This document shows, one piece after another, positions 6,422 through 15,563 of a stretch of 32,000 nt of DNA. How positions within the stretch are numbered: position 1 is the first letter of the stretch; the number at the start of each line of letters is the position of its first letter. This DNA comes from Sedimentisphaera cyanobacteriorum (GTDB lineage Bacteria; Planctomycetota; Phycisphaerae; Sedimentisphaerales; Sedimentisphaeraceae), in the NCBI RefSeq assembly GCF_001997385.1, contig NZ_CP019633.1, positions 2,340,001-2,372,000 of the forward strand. The letters are read 5' to 3'. Below the pieces are notes generated by a model. That model was given only the letters and a program-made list of their open reading frames with translations, did no database searches and was not told the DNA's origin. Made by a program: the position numbers and the translations under genes.

Positions 6422-8731
6422 ATGGCACGTAAATCCCGCCCTTCCGCAAACCCCACACCAGAATTATCCAGAGAGCTTTCTTTGTTCCACATCATAATGA
6501 TGGGGCTGGGTATGATGATAGGTGCCGGTGTGTTTCTCGGGATGGGCATATCCATAGGCGAGGCCGGCCCGGGCGGGGTTGTCCTTACATTCGCTCTGAA
6601 TGGCGTATTCGCAATGCTCACGGCTATGAGCTTCGCTGAGCTGAGTTCTGCAATTCCTCGAGCAGGGGGTGTGTATAATTTCGCGCGTATCGGCTTCGGA
6701 CGCAACGCCAGCTTCCTCGCAGGCTGGATGGAGTGGTTCGCTTCGAGCGTTGCAGGGAGCATGTATGCCCTGACATTTGCTATATACAGCATCCGGTTTA
6801 TCGACGCCCTCGGCTGGCTCAATCCGCTTTATGAATCTTTCGGAAACGATCCGGAAACCGTCATTCTGGTGCTGGAAAGGCTTACAGCAGTAATAACTGC
6901 GGGGCTGTTTGTGTATATAAACTTCAAGGGCTCCTCGGAAACCGGCAAAGCCGGTGCAGTAATTACCGTGGGACAAACCCTTTTCGTTCTTACAATCGGG
7001 ATTTTCGGGGTGGTTGCGGTTATCCAAGACCCCTCAAGACTGCAAAACTTCACGCCTTTTATGCCGGAAGGCTGGTCTAAGCTGCTGGTAACTATGGGCT
7101 TTACTTACGTTGCCTTTGAGGGATATGAAGTGATAGCCCAGGCGGGCGATGAAACGATAGACCCGAAGAAAAACCTGCCCAAGGCAATGATATATTCTGT
7201 TACTATCGTAACGCTTATTTATGTGCTTGTAGCCTTTGCCACAGTGGTATCTGTAAAGGCGGGCAGCGAAGGGGTTGGCCAAATGCCCCCGTGGGAGTGG
7301 ATTGGTCAGTTCAAGGAGAAGGGCTTCGGCGAGGCAGCTGCAAGGCTTATGCCGTTAGGTAATTTCGTGCTCACTCTCGCTGTGATTTTCTCCTCTACAT
7401 CCGCCCTGAACGCCACGATTTACTCGGGCACAAGAGCCTCCTACGCCCTCGGACGCGACGGGATGATGCCCGAATTCTGGTCTCGAATACACGAAAAAAA
7501 CCGAACCCCTTACGGTGCACTTATTGCAACCTCGGTAATCGTAATATTCACTGCTGCATTCCTGCCGACTGAGGATGTGGCATCCAGCGCAAGCATAATG
7601 TTTCTGTTCCTTTTCTTTATGGTGAATCTCTGCGTTATAAAGATTCGCCTCGGGATGGGCGATGAGCTCGAATACGGCTTTATGATGCCGTTTTTCCCTG
7701 TACCGCCGATCCTTGCACTGATTATGCAGGCTGTGCTTGCGGTATGGCTGGTGCATATGAGCGTAATCGCTTGGATAATCGCACCGATCTGGATTCTCGC
7801 AGGCCTTGCGATATACCTGCTGTACTCTAAAGACAGGGTTATCGCGGCAGAACACGAGATAACCGTATTCGATGAACAGAGAAACTATAAGCCCAAAGGG
7901 TATCCGGTGATGGTGGGCCTGGCTGACCCGGAGAACGCAGTGGATCTGGTTAACGGTACATACAAACTCTGCTCTTCAAAGAAGAAGCCGCATGTGGAGC
8001 TGATTCATATGGTGTCCGTACCTGAGCATATATCGCTGTCTGAATCCGAAGAATACACCGAACCGGGAAGAGAAGCCATCACAGAGGCTATGCTCTATCT
8101 CTCAATGCATTTCCCGCTGAATACCACAATCCGCTACTGCAGGAATATCGCAAGGGGGATTGTTTCGGCAGTGAAGGAGAAGAAGGTGAAGCTGCTCGTT
8201 CTCGGCTGGCACGGCAAACCCGAAAACAGGCTTTTCAATATCGGCGCCACAATAGACCCAATCGTTGAGCGGGCGCCCTGCAATGTGGTGATTATTAAGG
8301 GCTCGGAGAAATCCAAGCAGAGATACAAAAGCGTGCTTGTGCCGGTATCAGGCGGGCCAAACTCCGAATACGCAGCAGAAATCGCTAATATTATGGCCGA
8401 AACGGATGCAAAGGTAACTATGCTCAAGGTGGATACCGGACAGAAGCGGGGATTCAAGCTCAGAGAATTCGCACTGAATCAGGCGATGAGGCTAAGACTG
8501 AGGCCGGACAGATTCACAACCAAAACCGTAAAAGCGAAAAGCTCGGTAATAGCTATACTCAGAGAAGCAAAAAATCACGAACTCACCGTCCTCGGGATGA
8601 CTAACCGGCCGCTCGGACAGTTCCGAGGGCTGTCTGTGCCCGAAAAAATAGCTTGCAGAACTTCAAAGCCCGTGGTTATTGCAAAGGCAGGCGGGAAAGT
8701 GGATTCACTGTTCAAAAGAATCTTTTCCTGA
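6422..8731 (+). CDS. APC-family amino acid permease fused to tandem C-terminal universal stress protein (USP) domains
   Basis: 769-aa ORF. The first ~480 aa are polytopic and APC-like (GAGVFLG.., multiple TM helices). The C-terminal ~280 aa show two USP-like repeats (VMVGLADPENA.. and VLVPVSGGPNSEYAAEIA..). Confidence 0.85.
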   Translation: MARKSRPSANPTPELSRELSLFHIIMMGLGMMIGAGVFLGMGISIGEAGPGGVVLTFALNGVFAMLTAMSFAELSSAIPRAGGVYNFARIGFGRNASFLAGWMEWFASSVAGSMYALTFAIYSIRFIDALGWLNPLYESFGNDPETVILVLERLTAVITAGLFVYINFKGSSETGKAGAVITVGQTLFVLTIGIFGVVAVIQDPSRLQNFTPFMPEGWSKLLVTMGFTYVAFEGYEVIAQAGDETIDPKKNLPKAMIYSVTIVTLIYVLVAFATVVSVKAGSEGVGQMPPWEWIGQFKEKGFGEAAARLMPLGNFVLTLAVIFSSTSALNATIYSGTRASYALGRDGMMPEFWSRIHEKNRTPYGALIATSVIVIFTAAFLPTEDVASSASIMFLFLFFMVNLCVIKIRLGMGDELEYGFMMPFFPVPPILALIMQAVLAVWLVHMSVIAWIIAPIWILAGLAIYLLYSKDRVIAAEHEITVFDEQRNYKPKGYPVMVGLADPENAVDLVNGTYKLCSSKKKPHVELIHMVSVPEHISLSESEEYTEPGREAITEAMLYLSMHFPLNTTIRYCRNIARGIVSAVKEKKVKLLVLGWHGKPENRLFNIGATIDPIVERAPCNVVIIKGSEKSKQRYKSVLVPVSGGPNSEYAAEIANIMAETDAKVTMLKVDTGQKRGFKLREFALNQAMRLRLRPDRFTTKTVKAKSSVIAILREAKNHELTVLGMTNRPLGQFRGLSVPEKIACRTSKPVVIAKAGGKVDSLFKRIFS

Positions 8732-8961
8732 AGCGATGATCTCCGAGGTAGAAGTTTTCATAACTAACCCCTCTGCGGTTCTAACATTTACACTAAACGA
8801 AACGAGCTATCCAGACAGCAGGGGAAAATGCGCCGAAACGAAACAATTGCGAAATATCAGCTCTCTCTGCCCCCTCTGCATACTTTGCAAAGCCAAGGTC
8901 TTGCAGAAAAGCTTTGAGCATTTTGGTGTATAAAGCATAAGCAGTAAGCCGTTTAGTACCG

Positions 8962-11208
8962 CTATTTTCGTTTCCTTTTCGATTTTCTTTTTCTGCTATG
9001 TGTGTATGAGCGGCGGTCTTTGGTTTTTGCCTTGAACTTGTGCTTCTTTTCGTGTTTGGGCTTGAGCTCTGTTTTCTTAACGAGCGGCTCGACGGGCAGC
9101 AGAGTAATCTGACGAATCGGGACAACCACATTCGTTATCGTAACATCAATCTCAAGCCCAATCCGCACGCGAACGCCGCTGTGCTGACCGGTAAGACTCT
9201 GGGATTTCTCGTGAAACTCCCATCTGTCCGGCCCGAGCTCCTCAGAGGATATAAAGCCTTCAATCCCGAATTTTTTGCACTGAACGAAGATTCCCTTGCG
9301 GATAACGCCTGAAACGTAGCATTCGAGGGTTTCGCCGACCTTCTTCTCGAGCATCTGAAGAATCAGCACCTTCTTCAGATCCCTCTCAGCATTCTCCGCC
9401 TTGTCTTCTGTACTGCTGATATACCCGCCCAGCTGCACAAGGTCTTCCTCTGAGGGGATTCCCATCTTTTCGCTGAGCCGGCCTTCCTTTAGGTATTTAT
9501 CCAGCAGGCGGTGTATGGTGAGGTCTGCGTATCTTCTGATGGGGCTTGTAAAGTGGGTGTAATGGCGCGAAGAGAGGGCATAATGGCCGATATTCTCAGG
9601 GGAATAAACTGCCTTCTGAAGGCTCCGCAGCACGGCATTATTCACTGCATACTCAAGCCCTGTTCCCCGAACCTTATCGAGAATTTTACGCAGCGATTCT
9701 CTGTCCGCGCTGGAGGGCAGCTTCATCCCGCAAACGCTCACGAAATCCGCAAGCCTCTGGGCGCTGAAAGCATCGGGGTCGGGGTGTATTCTGCGGATAA
9801 ACGGGATATCGAAGCTGTCGAGCAGCCTTGCCACAGCCTCATTCGCCTCCACCATAAACATCTCGATTATCGTATGCGGATAGCTTTGGTCTGCGGGGTT
9901 TGCATCTACCACCTCGCCGTTGTCATTGAGCACAAGGTCAATATCCGGCAAATCCAAATGGATCATACCGTCCTGCTCCCTTCGCTTTTCGATCCTTCGG
10001 GCGAGCATATCCATATCTCTGAGCAGTTTGTAAATTTCCTGCGGGAAATCGAGCTTTTCACCCTGAAGCATCCTGTCTGCATCCCTGTAGGTTAGACGAG
10101 CTGAAGACTGAATCAGGCTGTTTGCGTATTTGGTTTTGCTCTTGATTACCCTGCCTCGCTTGTCGTATGTGATGTAAACGCTCTTGGCGAATCGGGGCTG
10201 ATTTGGCTGCAGAGAGCATACGCCGTTGCTGAGAACTTCAGGCAGCATAGGCAGAACCCTGCCGGGAAGATATACGCTGTTCCCGCGAAGGCCTGCCTCC
10301 TCATCTAGAGCCGAGCCCTGCGTTACAAAGCGGCTGACATCTGCAATATGAATTCCCAGAACGGGATTGTTATCCTCATCAAACTCAAGGCTGATTGCAT
10401 CGTCGTAGTCTTTCGCTGTATCGGGGTCTATCGTGATAAGCTCCTTATCGCGGATATCATCATAGCCCTTGCCCGGCTTGAAATCAACGTCTGCGCATTT
10501 TCTCGCCTGCTCAGTGCATTGTTTATCGAATCCGCTTCGAAGCTCGAAATTCTTGATAGTAGCTTCGATTTCCGTTTCATAAAGCCCCGCTCTGCCTATA
10601 ACATCAATTATCACAGCCTTTCCGGGGGTTTTGTCCTTTGGATACTTGAGCACCTCATAATACACCTTGTCTTCCTGCTTCGCTCCCTTGATTTGAGGAT
10701 CGTCAACGTTGAACGGGGCTTTGAAGAAGTTCCCGTCCGGCACGATCATCCATCTGCCTTCATTTTTATAGAGAGTGCCGGTAGAGGTGGTTTTTGCCCG
10801 CTCAATCACCTTGGTTATCTTGCCGGCAAGCAGGAATTTCTTTCCTTTTCGCCGTCTTCGTATTACCTTCGCCTCCACGATATCACCGTCGCAGGCGCTG
10901 TTTATATTGTGGCGTTCTATGCGGAGATCGCCGTCTCGTGTGGCGGTAAGCGGGGCAACGAAGCCGAATTCCTGCCTTGTTGAGCGGAACTTGCCCTTAA
11001 CAACATCGCCTGAGCTGGGCAGTGTAATGCGGGAGTTTTTCCCGATATCCAGAAGGCCTTCCTCAAGCATATTTTGAACTGTCTGGCTGAACTGCTCTCT
11101 CTGCTGCTTATCGTCAGCACCGAGCATCTCAGCTAACCGATTTTCAGTTACAGGGGAATATTCAGAATTCTTTACGAATTTTAGAATCCTGTCTTTAAGA
11201 CTTTTCAT
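8962..11208 (-). CDS. rnr: ribonuclease R
   Basis: 748-aa ORF with cold-shock-like N-terminal domains, an RNB catalytic domain (GIHIADVSRFV), an S1 domain (ECYVSGVIRKGIFVQ..GIEGFIS) and a Lys/Arg-rich C-terminal tail. Confidence 0.95.
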   Translation of the reverse strand: MKSLKDRILKFVKNSEYSPVTENRLAEMLGADDKQQREQFSQTVQNMLEEGLLDIGKNSRITLPSSGDVVKGKFRSTRQEFGFVAPLTATRDGDLRIERHNINSACDGDIVEAKVIRRRRKGKKFLLAGKITKVIERAKTTSTGTLYKNEGRWMIVPDGNFFKAPFNVDDPQIKGAKQEDKVYYEVLKYPKDKTPGKAVIIDVIGRAGLYETEIEATIKNFELRSGFDKQCTEQARKCADVDFKPGKGYDDIRDKELITIDPDTAKDYDDAISLEFDEDNNPVLGIHIADVSRFVTQGSALDEEAGLRGNSVYLPGRVLPMLPEVLSNGVCSLQPNQPRFAKSVYITYDKRGRVIKSKTKYANSLIQSSARLTYRDADRMLQGEKLDFPQEIYKLLRDMDMLARRIEKRREQDGMIHLDLPDIDLVLNDNGEVVDANPADQSYPHTIIEMFMVEANEAVARLLDSFDIPFIRRIHPDPDAFSAQRLADFVSVCGMKLPSSADRESLRKILDKVRGTGLEYAVNNAVLRSLQKAVYSPENIGHYALSSRHYTHFTSPIRRYADLTIHRLLDKYLKEGRLSEKMGIPSEEDLVQLGGYISSTEDKAENAERDLKKVLILQMLEKKVGETLECYVSGVIRKGIFVQCKKFGIEGFISSEELGPDRWEFHEKSQSLTGQHSGVRVRIGLEIDVTITNVVVPIRQITLLPVEPLVKKTELKPKHEKKHKFKAKTKDRRSYTHSRKRKSKRKRK

Positions 11209-11378
11209 ACAATCGTATCCTTTGCAAATTTAACAATCTGGAAATTATAACCCTTCAGCTTTGAATTACCAAACAATAAAATAAGATAAAAATCACTGAA
11301 AAATTAATGGGTTCTAAAAATATTCGAGAAAGATACTAGACTGATTAACTTGTTTTTATTTTAAAAATTTTGAAAGTA

Positions 11379-11629
11379 TTTTACACAGAGCCTGCGGCGG
11401 ACAGGCGGGAAGTAAAAAGATGGTATTTTTAAACAGGATTGACAGGATTATTGGGCGGGTGATTGGTTTAAACCGAGAAGGACTCGGAGGAACACGAAGG
11501 GTTTTTATTGTAAATTGTTTTACAGCAATGCTTTACCTTTGTAAATTATCTGTGTTATCTGTGGATAATAAATAAATCAAAAAATTATCCCCTTCGTGTG
11601 TTTCGTGGTAAAACAAAACATAAAATTTT
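11379..11629 (+). repeat. mosaic repeat H-T1, copy B
   Basis: The order of motifs is TTTACACAGAG, a degenerate CCTGCGGCGGACAGGC hairpin, AAACAGGATTGACAGGAT, GGGCGGGTGATTGGTTTAAACC, CACGAAGGG, ATCTGTGTTATCTGTGGATAATAAA, then ATCCCCTTCGTGTGTTTCG. It is colinear with 23332-23667. Confidence 0.85.
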
Positions 11630-11683
11630 CCTATCTCTCCATCTCATCCTGTAGATCCTGTTAATCCTGTCCAATATTATATC

Positions 11684-11852
11684 TTCTCCGCTAACTCTCC
11701 GCCTGCGGCGGACAGGCTCAATGTTTAATATTCCTTTTACATCGGTGGTTAAATTATTCTTAATTGAGGCTGTTTTTCTCATCACCGGCCAGAGAGCTGC
11801 CCCGCAATTTGATATTCTGCACCAATGCGGGGGCTGAAGTTTTTACACAGAG
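11684..11852 (+). repeat. mosaic repeat module P, copy B
   Basis: 169 nt differing from 23174-23342 at 6 positions by eye. It contains the CCGCC-TGC-GGCGG hairpin and the CCCCGCA..19 nt..TGCGGGG hairpin, and ends in TTTACACAGAG. Confidence 0.9.
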
Positions 11853-12203
11853 ATATCGGAGGAAGCGGAGGGGATTTTTTGGGTGGGTATTTTTTTTTAT
11901 CCTCGTGGGATTGGTTTAAACCGCGAAGGGCGCGAAGAATTTTTGTAATTGCTTTAAACCACGAGCAGCGCTGAGATATTTCAGCCGCTGAGAAACGCTA
12001 AGAAGCACTAAGGGAATATTTTTAGACAGAATTTTTAATGTTCAAGGCAATGATAAGGGGAAAGTTTTTCTCCTGCAGCTGCCGCTGACTCAGATGTTTA
12101 ACATCCCCCGTACTACAGCGGAGTTCGCCGTGGCGGACACCGCTGTGCGACGCTGCATTATTAAGCAGCGAACCGCTGGCTCAGTCAGTAAATGCGGCGG
12201 CCA
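11853..12203 (+). repeat. mosaic repeat H-T2, copy B (deletion variant)
   Basis: Colinear with 22740-23143 but lacks three blocks. These are the NACAGGAT iteron block in the head, the ~23-nt CCGCC hairpin (C coordinates ~22928-22950) and an 84-nt block between CCGCT direct repeats (C coordinates 23001-23084). Confidence 0.85.
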
Positions 12204-12413
12204 ACGCTAACGCTAGGGAAAATCTGAGTATATGCATTTTATGGTCCTGCTGTAATAACAACAAATTCTGTTTAGTTTTTTCCCAATACGCGCAGTTTAT
12301 CCAATCGATACTCACTTTATCGTATCTTATTTGCAATTTCAAGCAAAAATAATTGTAAACATTAAGATTTTATGATAAATTCAGCTGTGATGAATTTTTA
12401 AGCGGTTTTGTAA

Positions 12414-13163
12414 ATGCCAATCCAAACAGCCTGCATAACTGATGAGTTAATCCAAACTGCAAACGCTGTTCTCTGGCCTTCAAGGTGTCTGAGCTGCGGG
12501 GAGCCTGCCTCTCCGGGGCAGCCGCTCTGCGGGGCGTGCTGGGAAGGGCTCAGAGATGCGTGCAGTGATTATGCCTGCCCGAGGTGCGGGGCGGTTGTGA
12601 GCGAGGAGGCCGCTAAAAACAGCATGTGCGGGTTCTGCATCAACAAAAAGCTCTACATAGACGGCTTCGCCCGCTCCGGCAGATACGAAAGCACACTTAG
12701 AAACCTCGTACTTATGCTAAAGCATTCGGAAAATGCCGCACTGATAAAGCTCGTTCGAATTCTAGCTGCCTCGGCCTTCCAAAACAGATTCGCATCAGAG
12801 CGGATTGATTGTGTATGCCCTGTACCTCTGCACTGGACACGCCGCTGGGCAAGGGGATTCAATCAGGCCGGAGTTCTCGCTGAAGGGCTCAAATCCATCG
12901 GAATTCCTTCCAGAACTGAACTAACACGAAAAAAACAGACAAAACCTCAGCCTGTAATGCAGAGCTACAGCAAACGAATGAAAAACGTGAGAGGGGCGTT
13001 TGCAGTCAAAAGATTTGCTGATGTGCGCAGAAAGAGCATCCTGCTGGCTGACGACGTTCGAACATCCGGCGCAACGCTGAACGAATGCGCCCGAGTGCTC
13101 AAAGAGGCGGGAGCGGAAAGGGTGTATGCCCTCACGCTCACCGTGCCGGCAGGGCAGATTTAG
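12414..13163 (+). CDS. comF: ComF family protein (phosphoribosyltransferase domain)
   Basis: 249-aa ORF with N-terminal Cys-pair zinc-ribbon motifs (CLSCG, CGACW, CPRCG, CGFC) and a C-terminal PRTase motif (LLADDVRTSGATL). Confidence 0.85.
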   Translation: MPIQTACITDELIQTANAVLWPSRCLSCGEPASPGQPLCGACWEGLRDACSDYACPRCGAVVSEEAAKNSMCGFCINKKLYIDGFARSGRYESTLRNLVLMLKHSENAALIKLVRILAASAFQNRFASERIDCVCPVPLHWTRRWARGFNQAGVLAEGLKSIGIPSRTELTRKKQTKPQPVMQSYSKRMKNVRGAFAVKRFADVRRKSILLADDVRTSGATLNECARVLKEAGAERVYALTLTVPAGQI

Positions 13164-13166
13164 CGG

Positions 13167-13679
13167 TTAGCGATTGGAAGGTACTGTCAAATCAAATACC
13201 ATCTTGTAGTCGTCCATCTTATACCCCCCTCCGATATCCATCACGATAGACCCGCGGTTTTCAAAGCCGAGCTTTTCATAAATGCCGATCGAATCGGAGT
13301 TGTTCTTGTTTACCGTGAGGTAAATCTCTTCTGCTTGCCGTTTCTGGGCGAGCCTTTTCACAAACTCAAAGCTCTTTCTGCCGAGCCCTTGGCCTCTGAA
13401 CCCCTTGGCCACATAAAACTTGCTCAAAAACGCCTTCCCGTCCGGCTCAATTTTCAGTGCAAAATAGCCCGCATCCTGCCCGTCTGCTTCGGTGAGGTAA
13501 TAATCGCACCCATCAGCAATGCTCCCAGAGATCGCCCGCTCGCTCTGAAACTTATCCAGCATATACTCCACCTGCCCCTCGCCTACAATCGGGATGTAGT
13601 GCTCGCGCCAGATATCGAAGGCGAGCTTCGAGGCTCGGCGGATAAGCTCTTCGCCCTGAACTTTGATGAATTCTGCCAT
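13167..13679 (-). CDS. GNAT family N-acetyltransferase
   Basis: 170-aa ORF with the acetyl-CoA binding motif FRGQGLGRKSF. It lies 5 nt downstream of dapB, so the two are probably co-transcribed. Confidence 0.85.
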   Translation of the reverse strand: MAEFIKVQGEELIRRASKLAFDIWREHYIPIVGEGQVEYMLDKFQSERAISGSIADGCDYYLTEADGQDAGYFALKIEPDGKAFLSKFYVAKGFRGQGLGRKSFEFVKRLAQKRQAEEIYLTVNKNNSDSIGIYEKLGFENRGSIVMDIGGGYKMDDYKMVFDLTVPSNR

Positions 13680-13684
13680 CTGCC

Positions 13685-14476
13685 CTACAGCCCCAGCACG
13701 TCTTTCATCTTATACCAGCCCGGTTCCCTGCCTGCTAACCAGCCGGCAGCTCTTATCGCCCCGCGAACGAAATTATCGCGGTTGTGCGCCCTGTGCTGAA
13801 CGGTAACGGTTTCCCCGAGCGTGGAATACATCACCTCATGGAAGCCGATTATATCGCCCCCGCGTACAGCATGCATACCGATCTCGCCGTCTTTGCGGAG
13901 AGAATCGGGGCCCTGCCTTCCGTGCTGGAGGCTCCCGGGCATATCGCGGCCGGTTTCCTCTGCGATCCTCTCAGCGAGAGTTACAGCAGAGCCGCTCGGG
14001 GCGTCTTTCTTGAATTTGTGATGATGCTCGATAATCTCGATGTCGTATTTCTCGCCGAGCATCTTGGCAAACTTTCCCACCATCTCAAAAAGGAAGTTCA
14101 TCCCAACGCTCATATTCGTCCCGTAAATCACAGGTATATCCTTAGAGGCCTCCTCAAGCTTGCTTATCTGCTCGTCTGAGAGACCTGTTGTGCCCATTAC
14201 AAGCCCAATACCTGCGTTCTTGCAGTATTCGATTGTCTCATCCGCCGCAGGGGCGAGGGTGAAATCGATCATCACATCCGCAATCTCAGGCTTTCTCGAG
14301 CTCAGCGGCAGGCCAATCCTTCCGATTCCCGCTGCCTCGCCGGCGTCATTGCCGAGAAGCTCGGAGGAGCTGTGCTCCAGAGCACCAACAATATCAAATT
14401 CACCGCTTTCCACCGCCAAAGCGAGAATGCGCCTGCCCATTCTTCCGGCAGCGCCGTTTATTACCAGCTTTGTCAT
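13685..14476 (-). CDS. dapB: 4-hydroxy-tetrahydrodipicolinate reductase
   Basis: Motifs NGAAGRMGR (NAD(P) binding) and EHHHKFKKDAPSGSA (DapB signature). I place the start at ATG 14476, which is preceded by AAGGAG 6 nt upstream. The track's 14491 start is a TTG that contains this Shine-Dalgarno sequence. Confidence 0.93.
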   Translation of the reverse strand: MTKLVINGAAGRMGRRILALAVESGEFDIVGALEHSSSELLGNDAGEAAGIGRIGLPLSSRKPEIADVMIDFTLAPAADETIEYCKNAGIGLVMGTTGLSDEQISKLEEASKDIPVIYGTNMSVGMNFLFEMVGKFAKMLGEKYDIEIIEHHHKFKKDAPSGSAVTLAERIAEETGRDMPGSLQHGRQGPDSLRKDGEIGMHAVRGGDIIGFHEVMYSTLGETVTVQHRAHNRDNFVRGAIRAAGWLAGREPGWYKMKDVLGL

Positions 14477-14633
14477 AAAAAACTCCTTCAAATTTCAAGC
14501 AAGTTCTATAATATTATACAATATAAGCCGTTTGCTCCGGTTTGACATACCGGGCGAACAGATAACTGAATATATCAGTAAGTACAGTATGTTTCAAGGT
14601 TTTTAGAAGTTTCATTTTTGAGGATTTAGTAAA

Positions 14634-15068
14634 ATGAATTCACTTATCAGAAATACATTCATTTTTGCAGCAGGATTGGGGCTCATTATATCCGCCGCTG
14701 GATGCCAGAGCGAATCGGGCACAGGAACGCTTGTAGGAGCGGGAATCGGCGCCGCTATCGGGCAGGCAGTGGGCGGAGACACCGAATCAACCGCTATTGG
14801 CGCAGGCGTAGGCGGAGCCGTGGGCTACGGCGTGGGCAAGCATCAGGAAAATCAGCGTAAACAGCCCTCAGCATCCGCTCAGCAGCAGAATTACAACTCC
14901 GCCGGCGGGGCAGATTCGGTTGAGAAAACTATAAGCTTCCAAAACAGCAACGGCTCGCAGTCTTCTGTTACGCTAAGATACATCAACGGCAAGTGGATAG
15001 GTCCGCAGGGCGAAACGTACTCCACACTGCCAACAAAAGCACAGATTAAAGCCGCCTACGGCTCATAA
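14634..15068 (+). CDS. glycine-zipper lipoprotein
   Basis: 144-aa ORF with a signal peptide and lipobox (IISAAGC) and Gly-zipper repeats (GAGIGAAIGQAVGG, GAGVGGAVGYGVG). GAGGA lies 9 nt upstream of the ATG. Confidence 0.8.
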   Translation: MNSLIRNTFIFAAGLGLIISAAGCQSESGTGTLVGAGIGAAIGQAVGGDTESTAIGAGVGGAVGYGVGKHQENQRKQPSASAQQQNYNSAGGADSVEKTISFQNSNGSQSSVTLRYINGKWIGPQGETYSTLPTKAQIKAAYGS

Positions 15069-15113
15069 ATATGAATCGCTGCAAAGTTTTTTTTATTTTT
15101 TTCCAAAAATAAA

Positions 15114-15141
15114 TTGAAATGCGGGTTTGAGTCTGTATTAT
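15114..15141 (+). promoter_or_regulatory. candidate promoter for tRNA-Glu
   Basis: TTGAAA (15114-15119), a 16-nt spacer, then TATTAT (15136-15141), about 45 nt upstream of the tRNA. This is a pattern match only. Confidence 0.3.
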
Positions 15142-15185
15142 ACTCGTTCCTGTTTATTTCGGCGGGGATTCCCCGCAATATAAAA

Positions 15186-15258
15186 GGCCCCATCGTCTAG
15201 TGGACTAGGACATCAGGTTTTCATCCTGAAAACAGGAGTTCGATTCTCCTTGGGGCTA
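15186..15258 (+). tRNA. tRNA-Glu (anticodon UUC)
   Basis: I folded the cloverleaf by hand. The acceptor stem is GGCCCCA/TGGGGCT, the D stem GTCT/GGAC, the anticodon stem TCAGG/CCTGA with loop TTTTCAT (anticodon TTC), and the T arm AGGAG-TTCGATT-CTCCT, with discriminator A. It is 73 nt long and CCA is not encoded. Confidence 0.93.
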
Positions 15259-15263
15259 TTTCG

Positions 15264-15301
15264 CCCTTCTTTGTATGATTATACAGGGAAGGGTTTTTTT
15301 T
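15264..15301 (+). terminator. intrinsic terminator after tRNA-Glu
   Basis: A 13-bp stem (15264-15276 pairs with 15281-15293, including two G.U pairs) with loop GATT, followed by eight T residues (15294-15301). Confidence 0.8.
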
Positions 15302-15563
15302 ATTGCAAACTCCTTCAATCACAAGGGTTTACATCACTTCCCCCTTCGCCTTCCTGCTCTTCCCTGCAAGGCCTTGCGGCGGATTTGTGCAGACTTTCTT
15401 CAGCTGGTCTGAACACTGCAGGAAAAGTTCACTATTGCCATCCTTTGGGATTCGCTGGATATATCGCCGATTCTGAAATTCAATGACCGGTGTATTGAGG
15501 TTTGTATTTTAGGGTAAATTTTCTTGACAAATAAACATTTTTTTTATATATTTTATAATCAAA

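Noticed and set aside
6265-7855. Long minus-strand ORFs (6265..6822, 6464..7027, 6829..7053, 7034..7282, 7355..7855) overlapping the permease gene.
   Set aside because: These are shadow ORFs antisense to a strongly supported APC permease. Their composition is low-complexity and Arg/Pro/His-rich, with no recognisable motifs.
8732-8961. Convergent spacer between the permease and rnr, inspected for terminators or repeat modules.
   Set aside because: There are only weak 5-bp hairpins, no T-runs and no mosaic-repeat words. Nothing reportable was found.
11585-11785. The 66-aa minus-strand ORF shares its first ~30 residues with ORF 22970..23275. It looked like a conserved small protein.
   Set aside because: Both ORFs start inside the P repeat, so the shared peptide simply reflects 96% DNA identity. 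The frames diverge completely once the repeats end, there is no RBS, and the RRRR run comes from the GC hairpin CCGCCGCAGGCGG. I treat them as non-coding.
15250-15486. 78-aa ORF starting inside the tRNA-Glu 3' end.
   Set aside because: It overlaps the tRNA and its strong intrinsic terminator. It has no RBS and no recognisable domain.
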